Source: Thermodesulfobacteriota bacterium (GTDB lineage: Bacteria > Desulfobacterota_D > UBA1144 > Nemesobacterales > Mycalebacteriaceae). Taken from it: a DNA stretch of 64,000 nucleotides. Below, piece after piece: positions 30,139 to 40,203 of the stretch. A program made the position numbers and the translations under genes. How positions within the stretch are numbered: the first letter of the stretch is position 1; the number at the start of each line of letters is the position of its first letter. Where the stretch lies: the NCBI GenBank assembly GCA_965198945.1, contig CBDAQI010000010.1, positions 64,001 to 128,000 of the forward strand, given 5' to 3'. The notes below the pieces were generated by a model. The model ran no database searches. It worked only from the letters and a program-made list of their open reading frames with translations, and was not told where the DNA came from.

Positions 30139-30940
30139 TCACAAAATAACCGTCTTTTCCCCGTCAATAAATATGCGGTGCTCAATGTGATATTTGACGG
30201 CTTTGGCAAGCGCCTCGCATTCATTTTCCATTCCGGTTTGCTTGAGGTCTTCGGGGGTCTGGTTATGATCAACGCGGGTTGTTTTTTGTTCAATGATCGG
30301 GCCTTCGTCCAGATTTTTTGTCACATAGTGCGCCGTTGCGCCGATAAGTTTCACTCCGTGTTTGTGCGCCTGATGGTAGGGTCTTGCGCCTTTGAACGCG
30401 GGCAGAAATGAGTGGTGGATATTTATGCACCTGCCCTGCAACTCACCGGCGAGTTCGGGAGACAAGACCTGCATGTAACGGGCAAGCACAACAAGCTCCG
30501 TTCCGGTTTCCCCGATAATTTCCAACAATTCTTTCTCCCGTTTTTTTCGTGTCGCCGGGCTGACGGGCAGATGAATAAAACGGACGCCTTCGTTTTCGGC
30601 ATCCGGTTTTTCTGCGGTAAAACAGGTCTTGCAGGCAGTGCCCGTCTTTTGAGACCATAATTAAAACCCTGAACGGTTTTTGCGGGTCATGAATCTCCCA
30701 TTTCATTCCGAATTTGTCCGCGACCCGGGGAAATTTCCGGCGGATTTCACCAATTTTTTGTTTTTCAGGATGAGTCCGGAACTCGGTTCTCATAAAAAAT
30801 TTGCGGTTTGACTCGTCATCAAACTGCTGCAGTGACAGAAGATAGCAGCCGTTTTCAGAAAGAAACGAGGTTATTGCGGCGACTATACCGCTTCCCGCCG
30901 GGCAGACAACGGTCAGGATAAAATTTCCTTCTTCCTTCAA
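30139..30940 (-). pseudogene. purU: formyltetrahydrofolate deformylase with internal deletion and frameshift
   Basis: ACT domain (LTV.CP...GIVA.I, FFMR.EF) and VSK.GHCL.DL.YR in one frame; LARYMQVLS, INIHHSFLPAFKGA.PY.QA, GATAHYVT..LDEGPII.Q in another. The segment with the conserved V.SNH motif is missing at ~30602. Confidence 0.85.
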
Positions 30941-31692
30941 GTTTGCACGCTTCTCTGTATCGCCCCTCTTATCTCCGCCCATTTTGCGTTTAGAAATCTC
31001 AAGTCAGATTCCGCTTTTTCAAAATCGCCTTTTTCAATGCCGCTTATAATTCTTTTCAAATCGCCCACTGAATTTTCGTTTTTCATTGAATCCTGAGTTA
31101 TGAAAGAGCATATTTCACCGTAGTTGAGAACAATTTCCCCGTCCGAGTCAAAACCGCGCAGCCAGCTGTTCATTTCGCTCAGTTTCCTGGGAAGATCTTT
31201 CAGTTTGGCAAATTCGGGATATTTGGAAACTATGTCCCCCGTTTTTTCCAGAACTTTTTCCGCTGTCCTGATTCTCTCCATGGCGGTTCCTATGTTTTCC
31301 GGATAGAAAATTGAATCATGGTGAACGGCACCGAAACCCGCGTGTGTATAGAAAAAGTCGCGTTTTTCCTCATCAAATGCAATCAGCCACTCAAACGGAA
31401 TGAAATCTTCGGAGGAAACTATGTTGAAACTTGACCGGTCTCTCAGCCTGCAGACAAAATAACGCCCGTCCTTTTTTGAAAAAAAACAGTCTCTTATTTC
31501 ATTTGCTCCGATATCAAGATAGTTTGCAAGGGAGTTTCTGAATTCATCATATTCGGCTCCGCCCCATGTTGATTTGGGAGAGGCCGGTCTGTCCCAGAAT
31601 TTTTCGTAAAATCTTATGTATTCCCTCCAGTATTCATTGCCTCCCGGCACCGAATCAATCGTTTCATAAACCATCAGAGCGCACTGTGCCAT
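30937..31692 (-). CDS. hypothetical protein
   Basis: 251-aa ORF in the aroE operon with backbone-like composition; no motif recognised. Confidence 0.7.
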   Translation of the reverse strand: MAQCALMVYETIDSVPGGNEYWREYIRFYEKFWDRPASPKSTWGGAEYDEFRNSLANYLDIGANEIRDCFFSKKDGRYFVCRLRDRSSFNIVSSEDFIPFEWLIAFDEEKRDFFYTHAGFGAVHHDSIFYPENIGTAMERIRTAEKVLEKTGDIVSKYPEFAKLKDLPRKLSEMNSWLRGFDSDGEIVLNYGEICSFITQDSMKNENSVGDLKRIISGIEKGDFEKAESDLRFLNAKWAEIRGAIQRSVQT

Positions 31693-31694
31693 TT

Positions 31695-32540
31695 CTAAAA
31701 TTCCTCCAGGGCTTTTTTCATCACTTCAATCGGCGCTTCCCTGTCCGTCCAAATCTCAAAAGATTTTACACCCTGATAAAGAAGCATGCCGATTCCCGAA
31801 TCAGCGTTTATTCCAAGCTCCCGCGCCTTTCTCACAAGCGGTGTCAGAGCGGGTTTGTAGACAAGGTCATAAACGCCGAATTTTCCGCCGAATTTTTCAA
31901 GCGGCAGGTCAAGCGGCGGATTCTCTCCCATTCCGGCCGATGAACAGTTTATGATTATATCAACCCCTCCCGTAAATTCTTCAATTTTACCGCCGCCCAG
32001 TCCGCAACTCTCAATTTCAATTTTAGGAAATTTTTCAGAAAATTCCCACACGAGTTTTTGCGCTTTCCCGGGCGTTCTGTTAGCGATAAAAATTCCCTTC
32101 GCTTTTCTCATGCAAAGTCCCGAAACAAGAGCCCTCGCCGAGCCGCCCGCGCCCGTGATGAGAGCGGATTTGCCCTGCGGCGTAAACCCCATTGCCACTT
32201 CAAGCGCTTTGAGGGCGCCTTCAATGTCGGTGTTGTATCCTGACAGATGTCCGTCATCATTTTTTACCGTGTTCACCGCACCCGCGAGTTCGGCCTCCGG
32301 AGAAAGAAAATCCATCTCAGGCATAATCGCCCGCTTGTGCGGAACGGTTACATTTACTCCGCGCAGGGGCAGAGAGCGCACCGCTTCAACCGCCTCCGCG
32401 ATCTCATCGGGAGCAATGTCATATGGGTCATAGCGGCAGTTCATTCCAAGAGAGGCAAACGCCGCGTTGTGCATGTCGGGCGAGCGGCTCTGGCTCACCG
32501 GATGGCCGAATATGCCGAACAGTGTGGTCTCCTCGCTCAC
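31695..32540 (-). CDS. aroE: shikimate dehydrogenase
   Basis: GHPVSQSRSP.MHN, G.NVTVPHK, GAVNT, GYNTD, GAGGSA, NRT, DLVYKP..T, GMLLYQG. Confidence 0.96.
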   Translation of the reverse strand: MSEETTLFGIFGHPVSQSRSPDMHNAAFASLGMNCRYDPYDIAPDEIAEAVEAVRSLPLRGVNVTVPHKRAIMPEMDFLSPEAELAGAVNTVKNDDGHLSGYNTDIEGALKALEVAMGFTPQGKSALITGAGGSARALVSGLCMRKAKGIFIANRTPGKAQKLVWEFSEKFPKIEIESCGLGGGKIEEFTGGVDIIINCSSAGMGENPPLDLPLEKFGGKFGVYDLVYKPALTPLVRKARELGINADSGIGMLLYQGVKSFEIWTDREAPIEVMKKALEEF

Positions 32541-33475
32541 GGTTGTTGCTCCGCGCCGTTTTTCTCAATAATTGAGCGGACACGCCCTATGTCTTTTCCT
32601 ATCTGCTCTGAAAGCTCAGCCGCGGAGGCGAATTTTTTTTCATCCCTGACCCTTTCCACAAACTCAATGTTCGTTTCCCGTCCGTAGAAATCACCCTTTA
32701 TATCAATCAAATGGCTTTCAATCACCGTTTTATCCCCCCCGAAAGTGGGCCTGATTCCGATGTTGGTTATGCTCCCGCACCGTCCCTCGCCGCTGACCTC
32801 CGTAAAGGTTGCGTAAACGCCGGGTTTGGGCAGAATTTCCCACTGTGTTTTGAGGTTTAGGGTCGGAAACCCTATTTCCCTGCCTCGTTTTTCACCCTCT
32901 TCCACAACACCCCTTATGTGGTAGCGGTATCCGAGAAATTCAGACGCCTCCGCCACCCGGCCTTCAAGAACCAATTCCCTTATCCGGCTGCTGCTGACCC
33001 TTTCGTATCCGACTCGCGCGGGCTCAAGAACAACCGTCTCAAAACCGTATTTTACGCCCAGTTTTTTCAGCATATCAACATTGCCGCTTCTGTTTCTGCC
33101 AAACCCGAACCTCGGTCCCACAACCATGCTTTTCACTCCGGCTTTTTCCACCATGATTTCCCTTATGAAGCTTTCCGGAGACATGAGCGACAAACTTTTA
33201 CAAAACTCAAGGCGCACCGCGATTTCAATGCCGCTTTTTTCAAGCAGTTTCAACCTTTCCTCAAAAGGCACGAGCAAATGGGCGGTTTTGCTCCTGAGAA
33301 ATTTCTGCGGATGAGGGTCAAAAGTTATCACGCATGACTTTACCCCATATTGCCGCGCCTTGTCTTTGAGTGTGGCAATGATTTTCCCGTGTCCCAGGTG
33401 GACTCCGTCAAAATTGCCGAGCGCACAGGCGGTTCTCAACTCCGGTGTTGCGGAAAAGCCGTTAAAAAAATCCAA
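32537..33475 (-). CDS. ribF: bifunctional riboflavin kinase/FAD synthetase
   Basis: GNFDGVHLGH, TFDPHP, VSSSRIR, GREIGFPTLN, NIG.RPTF, IESHL. Confidence 0.96.
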   Translation of the reverse strand: MDFFNGFSATPELRTACALGNFDGVHLGHGKIIATLKDKARQYGVKSCVITFDPHPQKFLRSKTAHLLVPFEERLKLLEKSGIEIAVRLEFCKSLSLMSPESFIREIMVEKAGVKSMVVGPRFGFGRNRSGNVDMLKKLGVKYGFETVVLEPARVGYERVSSSRIRELVLEGRVAEASEFLGYRYHIRGVVEEGEKRGREIGFPTLNLKTQWEILPKPGVYATFTEVSGEGRCGSITNIGIRPTFGGDKTVIESHLIDIKGDFYGRETNIEFVERVRDEKKFASAAELSEQIGKDIGRVRSIIEKNGAEQQP

Positions 33476-33477
33476 TT

Positions 33478-34935
33478 CTATTTTCTCCAGAAATCGGGAA
33501 TGAAAAGCACAAGTATGGTATAAAGCTCAAGTCTGCCGGTTATCATCAGTAAAGACAGAACCCCTTTCGTGGGATATGAAAGAGCGGCGTAGTTTTCCGC
33601 CGGGCCCACGGAGTCAAACCCCGGGCCCACATTCCCTATTGTGGCGACCGATGCCGAAAAGGCGGTTAGCAGACTGGTATCTTCAAAAACGGTGATAAGA
33701 GCGGCTCCGGCGGCGGCTATGGCCGCATAGAGAATCAGAAAGCCCGTTATGTTTGAAACCACGGAGTGGTCAATTTTTTTGCCGTCAAAGCGCACGGGAG
33801 AGACAATGTTGGGATAGACCAGTTTTCTCAGATCCTGATAGCATTTGCCCGCCGTTACGATAATTCTTGACTGCTTTACGGCCCCTGAAGTGGAGCCCGA
33901 ACACCCTCCGGCTATCATGAGAACCATAAGCACAATGATTGACAGCGCGGGCCATGAATTGAAGTCGGTTGAGCTATAGCCGGTCGTCGTTGACAGTGAA
34001 ACAACCTGAAAAGCCGCGTATCTGAAAGATTCGGAAAAACTTCCGAATGTGCCCGAACCCGCGAGATTGAATGACACTATCAGGATTGTCGCAACCGTGA
34101 CAAAAAAATAAAACTTGAGCTCGCCTCCTTTTATGGAGTCCCGGAATCTTCCCTTCATAAGCGAATAGTGGATGACAAAGTTTATTCCGGCAAGAAACAT
34201 GAAAAGTGTAATGACACCCTCAATAAGAGGACTTCCGTAATGTCCTATGCTTGCGTTGTGGGTTGAGAAACCGCCGGTTGACATTGTGCTGAAAGAGTGG
34301 GCGATTGCGTCAAAAACGGTCATTCCCGAAAAAACCAGCAGAAACGCAAGCAAAACCGAAAGAGCCACGTATACAAGCCAGATGTTTTTTGCCGTCTCCG
34401 CTATTCTCGGTGTGAGGCGCTCGGTGGAAGGCCCGGGCGCCTCAAGCGCCATAAGACGGCCGCCTCCGATTGAGAGTCTCGGCAGAACGGCAATTGCCAG
34501 AACCACGATTCCCATTCCTCCGAGCCACTGGCTGAAATTTCTCCACAGAAGTATTCCGTGCGGCAGGGCTTCAATGTTGGTGATAACGCTTGCTCCCGTT
34601 GTTGTAAATCCCGCCGTTGCTTCAAACAGCGCGTCAACCGGATTTGTAAAGACGCCGTAGAACATATACGGAAGACTTCCGAGCAGGCTTGCGGAGATCC
34701 AGAAAAAAGACGCGATGAGGAAACCGTCTCTCCTTTCTATTTCGTCGGTTTTTTCGGCTCCGCGAGTCACTCTTGCAAGCACAAAACCCAGAACAATGCT
34801 GATTGCGGCCGAGACGCCGAGCGCGGTTATGTCATCTTCTCCGTAAATTGCCGAGCAGGCGGTGGGAATAAGCATCAGCAGTCCCAGAATTTTAATAAAA
34901 CTGCCGAGTATGTTGAGGCAGAATCTTAAATTCAC
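33478..34935 (-). CDS. trkH: Trk potassium uptake membrane subunit
   Basis: FEATAGFTTTGA, QWLGGMG, STGGFS, TTTGY, GGCSGSTSG, NVGPG, GRLE. Confidence 0.95.
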   Translation of the reverse strand: MNLRFCLNILGSFIKILGLLMLIPTACSAIYGEDDITALGVSAAISIVLGFVLARVTRGAEKTDEIERRDGFLIASFFWISASLLGSLPYMFYGVFTNPVDALFEATAGFTTTGASVITNIEALPHGILLWRNFSQWLGGMGIVVLAIAVLPRLSIGGGRLMALEAPGPSTERLTPRIAETAKNIWLVYVALSVLLAFLLVFSGMTVFDAIAHSFSTMSTGGFSTHNASIGHYGSPLIEGVITLFMFLAGINFVIHYSLMKGRFRDSIKGGELKFYFFVTVATILIVSFNLAGSGTFGSFSESFRYAAFQVVSLSTTTGYSSTDFNSWPALSIIVLMVLMIAGGCSGSTSGAVKQSRIIVTAGKCYQDLRKLVYPNIVSPVRFDGKKIDHSVVSNITGFLILYAAIAAAGAALITVFEDTSLLTAFSASVATIGNVGPGFDSVGPAENYAALSYPTKGVLSLLMITGRLELYTILVLFIPDFWRK

Positions 34936-36270
34936 TTATGAAATCGCCTTCTCAACTTTTTTTATCGCTTCGGGAAGGGTGAAAACTATTATTCTGTCGT
35001 TTATCTGCGGGGTAAAATTGCCCTGCGGTATTATTGTCTCGTTGTTTCGTATGCACGCCCCCACTATGCAGCCTTCGGGAAGTTTCGCGTTTTTAAGCGC
35101 GGTTCCGAGTATCTGTGAATCCTTCTCCACGACAAACTCCATTATCTCTCCGCGTCCTTCTTCAAGAAGCATGGTTTTTGCGGCTCCCCCGCCGAGGTCA
35201 AGCATTGACAGAATTTCATTCACAACCGATATGCGCACACTCACTGCCGTGTCAATCCCTATGGTTTCAAGAACGTCCACATAATCCGGTTTTGTATACA
35301 AAACTATGGTTCTTTTGACTCCCAGTCTGCGTGCGAGGAGAGAGCCCAGAATATTTTCCCCGTCATCGCCGGTGAGCGCTATGAGATAGTCCGCCGCCTC
35401 CACTCCGGCTTCCTTCTGAATTACGGCGTCCGTTGCGTCTCCGCCGAGCACCATGATTCCCGGCACCTCGTCCGCGAGTTCCGCGGCGATTTGCGGGCTG
35501 CTCTCTATGACTTTCACACCCACTCCGTGTTTGTGGAGCATTGAGGCGGTCAGCCGGCCGAGCCTTCCCGCGCCTATGATTATTACGCTCTTTGTATGTT
35601 TTTCCTCCTCAAGCTCCATAGCCTCGGTCAGATTTTCAATCATGGAAATATCTCCCAGAGCGTAAACACTGTCTCCCGGCATAAGAACCGTCTCCCCCGA
35701 AGGGATGAGCATTTCTCCCTCGCGCGCCACTCCCACAAATATCCATGGAGAGATTTCAAGTCTTTTCAGAGGCGTTTCAACAATCGCGCCTTTTTCCCCG
35801 ACTCTGAACTTGAACAGGTCTATTTTCCCGTCCGCAATTTTCCGGTTGCTCCACGAGAAATGAGACTCGGTTACGGCCGCGAGGATGTTTTTTGATATGA
35901 TTTCCCCGGGATTGACTATGAAGACTCCTTCCTGTTTAAGCATTTCAGAGTATCTTATGTATTCGGGTTTTCTGACTTTTGCGACAGTCGTTTCAACGCC
36001 AAGCAGGTTTGCCGCCACAGCGCACATTATGTTTGTTTTGTCATCGCCGGAAACGGCAAGAACAATGTCAGACTCGCCCATTGCGGCCTGTTCAATAACG
36101 GCCGGCTCACTTGCGTCTCCCTCAACGCACATAATGTCCATCCGGTCTTTAATGTGTTTGACTTTTTCGTGATCGCATTCAATAAGAACGATGTCATGCC
36201 CCTGCTGGGAGAGATCCTCGGCAATCAGCGTTCCCACCTGTCCCGCTCCGATTATGGTTATTTTTTTCAT
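34936..36270 (-). CDS. trkA: Trk potassium uptake NAD-binding subunit
   Basis: Two RCK_N (GAGQVG, GAGRLG) and RCK_C repeats. Confidence 0.95.
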   Translation of the reverse strand: MKKITIIGAGQVGTLIAEDLSQQGHDIVLIECDHEKVKHIKDRMDIMCVEGDASEPAVIEQAAMGESDIVLAVSGDDKTNIMCAVAANLLGVETTVAKVRKPEYIRYSEMLKQEGVFIVNPGEIISKNILAAVTESHFSWSNRKIADGKIDLFKFRVGEKGAIVETPLKRLEISPWIFVGVAREGEMLIPSGETVLMPGDSVYALGDISMIENLTEAMELEEEKHTKSVIIIGAGRLGRLTASMLHKHGVGVKVIESSPQIAAELADEVPGIMVLGGDATDAVIQKEAGVEAADYLIALTGDDGENILGSLLARRLGVKRTIVLYTKPDYVDVLETIGIDTAVSVRISVVNEILSMLDLGGGAAKTMLLEEGRGEIMEFVVEKDSQILGTALKNAKLPEGCIVGACIRNNETIIPQGNFTPQINDRIIVFTLPEAIKKVEKAIS

Positions 36271-36297
36271 CTCCGCCCCTTGCGCGCACGAACAGTA

Positions 36298-38025
36298 TTA
36301 TATCCGCCTGATGTCTATCATCCTGAGCGTAAAAGTTTCTCTGTTATTCCACATTCCAATCTCCGGTGTGAAAACTATGTCCGCCTCACCGACGGGGTCG
36401 CGCGCCTCATCCTTGCCGGCGGCGTTCCACCACATCGCCTCAAGCGGGGCCTCTCCGTCTCCCGCGTCCACAAAAAGTTTGATATGAGCGTCTTTTATGA
36501 CGCTGTATGAAACTATTCTGGCGCGTTCAAGCAGCAGAACCGGTCTGGGGTTTTGGCTTCCGAACGGCTCAAGGATTTCCATCTGCTTTGTCGTCTCTAT
36601 TGTCAAATCTTCAAGGGCTATGCGTGTGTCTATGTGAAAGTTTTTCCGGGACTTTTCGCTTTCCGGTATTGGCAAAGTTTTTATGTGGCGGTTGGCGGCT
36701 TCGCGGAACTCTCCTATCTGTGGTTTCATAACGGTTATTCCCGCGGCCATTGCGTGTCCGCCGTAACGTTCAAGCGTGTTTCCGCAGTTTTTCAGCACTT
36801 CATGAAGGTTGATTTCCGGAACGGTTCTGCCGGAGCCTTTTCCGGTTCCGTTTTCATCCAGAGCTATTGCAAACGCGGGTTTTGAGTATCTTTCAACAAG
36901 CCGCGAGGCAAGAGGCCCTATGATTCCCGGATGCCAGTTTTCAGAAGACACCACCACGCATTCCGCTCCGGCGCCGTCCGGATTTTGCTCTATCATTGAG
37001 ATAGCTTCTTCGGTGGCTTTACGCTCGAGACGCTGCCGGTTTCTATTCTGTTCGTCCAGCCTGCCCGCCATGTCACGCGCCTGTTCAGGGTTTTCCGACA
37101 GAAGAAGCTCCACGGCCTCTTCCGGTCCGCCGATTCTTCCCGCCGCGTTTATCCGTGGGCCGATTCTGTATCCGATGTCGTCCGAATTGAGCCCGCCGTT
37201 TATTCTGCTCACTTTCTTGAGAGCTTCTATTCCGGGCCTTTTTGAAGACTTCATTCTCTTAATTCCCTCTTTGACCATAATCCTGTTTGTCCCCGAAAGC
37301 GGGACTCTGTCGGTAATCGTGCCGATTGCGACCAGATCAAGATATTGGGCCATGTTCGGTTCTTCTCTCCTGTCAAAGAAGCCGTTTTCTCTCAGGCGCG
37401 CTCTCACCGCGAGCGCAAGATTGAAAGCCACTCCAACGCCCGCGATGTTTTTTTCCGGATAGCCGCATTGAGGCAGTTTCGGGTTCACCACCGCGAACGC
37501 ATCCGGGATTTTTTCTCCGGGCAGGTGATGGTCGGTGACTATAAAATCTATTCCCAGCCCTTTCGCGGCCTCCACTTCAGAGTCCGCCGTTATACCGCAG
37601 TCGGTTGATATGATAAGGGTCGCGCCGCGCCGCCCAAGCTCCTCAACGGCGCGGCCGTTTATTCCGTATCCGTCTCTGACTCTGTGCGGGGCGAAATAGA
37701 TGGTGTCAATGTCAAGCGATCTTAAAAACCCGCACAAAAGCGATGTGGAAGTTATTCCGTCCGCGTCATAGTCTCCGTAGACCGCTATTGTTTCAGCTTC
37801 CCGGGCGGCTTTTTCTATTCTTGAGACCGCGTTTTCCATTCCCGCCATAAGAAACGGGTTCGGCAGCTTTCTGATGTCGCTTTCAAAAAATTTCGCCGCC
37901 TCTTCGCGGGTTTCTATCCCCCGGTTTATGAGCAGCTGCGCCACAAGCGGAGAAACTCCGGCCTCAAGCGCGAGTTCGGTGCTGCGTTCGGGAAACTGAT
38001 CTTTTATCAGCCAGTTTGGTTTCAT
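36298..38025 (-). CDS. recJ: single-stranded DNA exonuclease RecJ
   Basis: GDYDADG, DGYG, TDCG, TDHH, PRINAAGR, GSGR, GGH.MAAG, LEPFG..NP.P. Confidence 0.96.
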   Translation of the reverse strand: MKPNWLIKDQFPERSTELALEAGVSPLVAQLLINRGIETREEAAKFFESDIRKLPNPFLMAGMENAVSRIEKAAREAETIAVYGDYDADGITSTSLLCGFLRSLDIDTIYFAPHRVRDGYGINGRAVEELGRRGATLIISTDCGITADSEVEAAKGLGIDFIVTDHHLPGEKIPDAFAVVNPKLPQCGYPEKNIAGVGVAFNLALAVRARLRENGFFDRREEPNMAQYLDLVAIGTITDRVPLSGTNRIMVKEGIKRMKSSKRPGIEALKKVSRINGGLNSDDIGYRIGPRINAAGRIGGPEEAVELLLSENPEQARDMAGRLDEQNRNRQRLERKATEEAISMIEQNPDGAGAECVVVSSENWHPGIIGPLASRLVERYSKPAFAIALDENGTGKGSGRTVPEINLHEVLKNCGNTLERYGGHAMAAGITVMKPQIGEFREAANRHIKTLPIPESEKSRKNFHIDTRIALEDLTIETTKQMEILEPFGSQNPRPVLLLERARIVSYSVIKDAHIKLFVDAGDGEAPLEAMWWNAAGKDEARDPVGEADIVFTPEIGMWNNRETFTLRMIDIRRI

Positions 38026-38041
38026 TTTGAATCTCCTGAAA

Positions 38042-38272
38042 TCATCGGGCAAAGGTAATGATTATGGTTTCGCGCGTCCAGAACAGAAAGAGGCGCTTTT
38101 TCTCAATCACTTGAAACACAACTTGCCAACCCCCGCCCGCATGTCTGTTCAACTCTTCCTCAACCCTTTTAATCGGCAAGCCCGATGAGCCAAGCACAAC
38201 CGTTCCCAGTATTCCTTCCGATATGGAGATGACTTTGTATTCCGAGTATGAGGTTTTTTCATTTGGCGGCAT
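38042..38272 (-). CDS. DUF4177-like small protein
   Basis: EYKV...EG.LGT..LGSS.LP...E..LN..A..GWQVV..V.E.KR. Confidence 0.7.
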   Translation of the reverse strand: MPPNEKTSYSEYKVISISEGILGTVVLGSSGLPIKRVEEELNRHAGGGWQVVFQVIEKKRLFLFWTRETIIITFAR

Positions 38273-38276
38273 TTTC

Positions 38277-38726
38277 TCAATTCTCAAGATTTTTCAGATG
38301 TGCAACAAGCCCGCGCAAACCCAGAGAGTAGCTTGTGCCGCCGAATCCCGACACGACCCCGACCGCCACGGGTGAGACAAAAGACTTGTGTCTGAATTCC
38401 TCTCTTTTATGGATGTTTGAGATATGGACCTCAACGGTTGGGATGCCGACCGACAGTATGGCGTCGCGCACGGCGACGCTTGTGTGTGTGTATGCGGCGG
38501 GGTTGATTAAAATTCCGTCAATTTTGCCGAGTGCGTCTTGTATCGCGCCCACAATTTCGCCTTCTGAGTCATTCTGAAAAAAACGCAGTTCCGCCTCGGG
38601 GTCAATCTCCCTTGCGAGAGCCGAGAGCGCGGCGTTGATGTCATCAAGCGTTTCTTTACCGTAAATTTCCGGTTCTCTCTTACCGAGAAGACCCAGATTG
38701 GGCCCGTGAATTACAAGTATTTTCAT
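38277..38726 (-). CDS. aroQ: type II 3-dehydroquinate dehydratase
   Basis: [37 protein letters not shown]. Confidence 0.97.
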   Translation of the reverse strand: MKILVIHGPNLGLLGKREPEIYGKETLDDINAALSALAREIDPEAELRFFQNDSEGEIVGAIQDALGKIDGILINPAAYTHTSVAVRDAILSVGIPTVEVHISNIHKREEFRHKSFVSPVAVGVVSGFGGTSYSLGLRGLVAHLKNLEN

Positions 38727-38736
38727 TGGTTTTGCG

Positions 38737-38763
38737 GCCGTCCCGCAGAAAAGGCGGGACGGC
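38737..38763. other. perfect 10-bp GC-rich hairpin upstream of aroQ
   Basis: GCCGTCCCGC-agaaaag-GCGGGACGGC. Confidence 0.7.
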
Positions 38764-38922
38764 GAAATCCTTTCTCTTTTGCCTCAATTGTCCTTTATTT
38801 GGATGTTGATTTCAAGACAAAAACCGTTTTCGCTTGCATAGTTTCCGCCATATTGTAGATTTAGCACCTGCTTCGGGCTCCGGAGCAAATCCAACCGAGT
38901 ATCGCGAGGGAGAAAGGGAACA

Positions 38923-39492
38923 ATGAAAGTCGTAAAGAGAACCACAAAACATATTATTTATAAACGCGGAGACGGGCGTTACGCCGTAAAGACCGCAAGA
39001 CGCAAAAAACCCTTCAACGGTAGGGACAAGATAGAAATTCTTGTTGAACAGGGGTTGCTTGATGTGCCGGTTCCGCCCGACCCCAACAAAAACAAAGAAC
39101 AGTCTGTGAAAGAAGCTCCGGCCGCCGAGGCCAAGGCGGAAGTAAAAGAGAGCGAAGCGCCAAAGCAGGAGAAAGCCGCGGAGCCCGCAAAAGAGGAAAA
39201 ACCGGAAGCGAAAACCGAGTCCGGTGAACAGGCTGAGAAAAAGAAAGAGGAAACCGCTCCCGCCGAAGAGGTGAAAAAAGAGCCGGAGGAAAAGCCTGCC
39301 GCTGCGGCGAATGAGTCAAAAGAGGAGAAACCCGAAGCTCCGGCCGCGGAAACAAAGGCGGAAGAAACCGTAGCTCAGAAAGAAGAAAATGCGGCTCCCG
39401 CAGAGGAAACAAAGCCGCAAGCGGCCGCTGAAACCGGAGAGGTGGATAAAACGGAAGAAAAAGACGCTTCACCGGAAGCGGATAAACAGTAG
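38923..39492 (+). CDS. hypothetical protein: basic ~50-aa N-domain plus long E/A/K/P-rich disordered tail
   Basis: SD GGGA; composition read directly from the translation. Confidence 0.75.
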   Translation: MKVVKRTTKHIIYKRGDGRYAVKTARRKKPFNGRDKIEILVEQGLLDVPVPPDPNKNKEQSVKEAPAAEAKAEVKESEAPKQEKAAEPAKEEKPEAKTESGEQAEKKKEETAPAEEVKKEPEEKPAAAANESKEEKPEAPAAETKAEETVAQKEENAAPAEETKPQAAAETGEVDKTEEKDASPEADKQ

Positions 39493-39508
39493 ATTTTTCA
39501 AATAACAA

Positions 39509-39907
39509 CTAATAATCGTTGATGATTTTATCAATGGAGAATTTTATGAATGTTCTCCATTTTTTCTCCAAGTCTTTTGAGAATTCTGGGTCGTGTATGG
39601 CTATGGTTTCGCACAAACTCTCAAGCCAAAGTTTGTAAAGCTCCGGTTCTATGTTGTAGCCGTGTCTGTTATGGGTTCTTCCAATATCATTCAGCACGCG
39701 TAATTTCTTTTTATCGTCATTGCTTCTTGTCGCCATAATTTTAACAGTTGCTCTCAGCAATTTTTTCTGTTTGGCGAAATCTGTGTTTTTGAATTTCTCT
39801 TTAACCTCATCGGATTTGGAAAGAAAAATATCATAAAAGGTTTCAGAAAATGCGCCGGACTTGTCGCATCGCTCAAAACTTTCTTTGACGGATGTAAAAT
39901 CGTTCAT
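39509..39907 (-). CDS. single-domain globin
   Basis: V..SF.R, FY..FL.....V...F..TD...Q...L, proximal His in IG.TH......I.P.LY..W...L. Confidence 0.85.
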   Translation of the reverse strand: MNDFTSVKESFERCDKSGAFSETFYDIFLSKSDEVKEKFKNTDFAKQKKLLRATVKIMATRSNDDKKKLRVLNDIGRTHNRHGYNIEPELYKLWLESLCETIAIHDPEFSKDLEKKWRTFIKFSIDKIINDY

Positions 39908-40203
39908 TTTATTGTTTGGATAATACCAAATTTTGACGTTTTATTTCATTATAAAGATAAAGTTGAGGGGCTATTTCTTCAGTCTTGGATTTTTTGAGTT
40001 TTGAAAAGAGAAAATTTCCGTTTGCGGTCTTTCAGTTTTTCTTGGGCTATGCTTTTTTAGTGTAGCGAATAATGACTTCCATTCTACGCATATAAACCCA
40101 ATTAGTAATTCTTCAATTTGAAAAAAAATCCAAGGCACTAAAATAGAATGGCATAAGGGGCGATTTTCTAACAATATCAGTCAATGAACTTAAAGCGGCC
40201 GAG

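Noticed and set aside
36809..37462. Long antisense ORFs (e.g. 36809..37462, 45459..46205, 47217..47987, 58011..58802)
   Set aside because: They are shadows of well-supported genes on the opposite strand with no motifs of their own.
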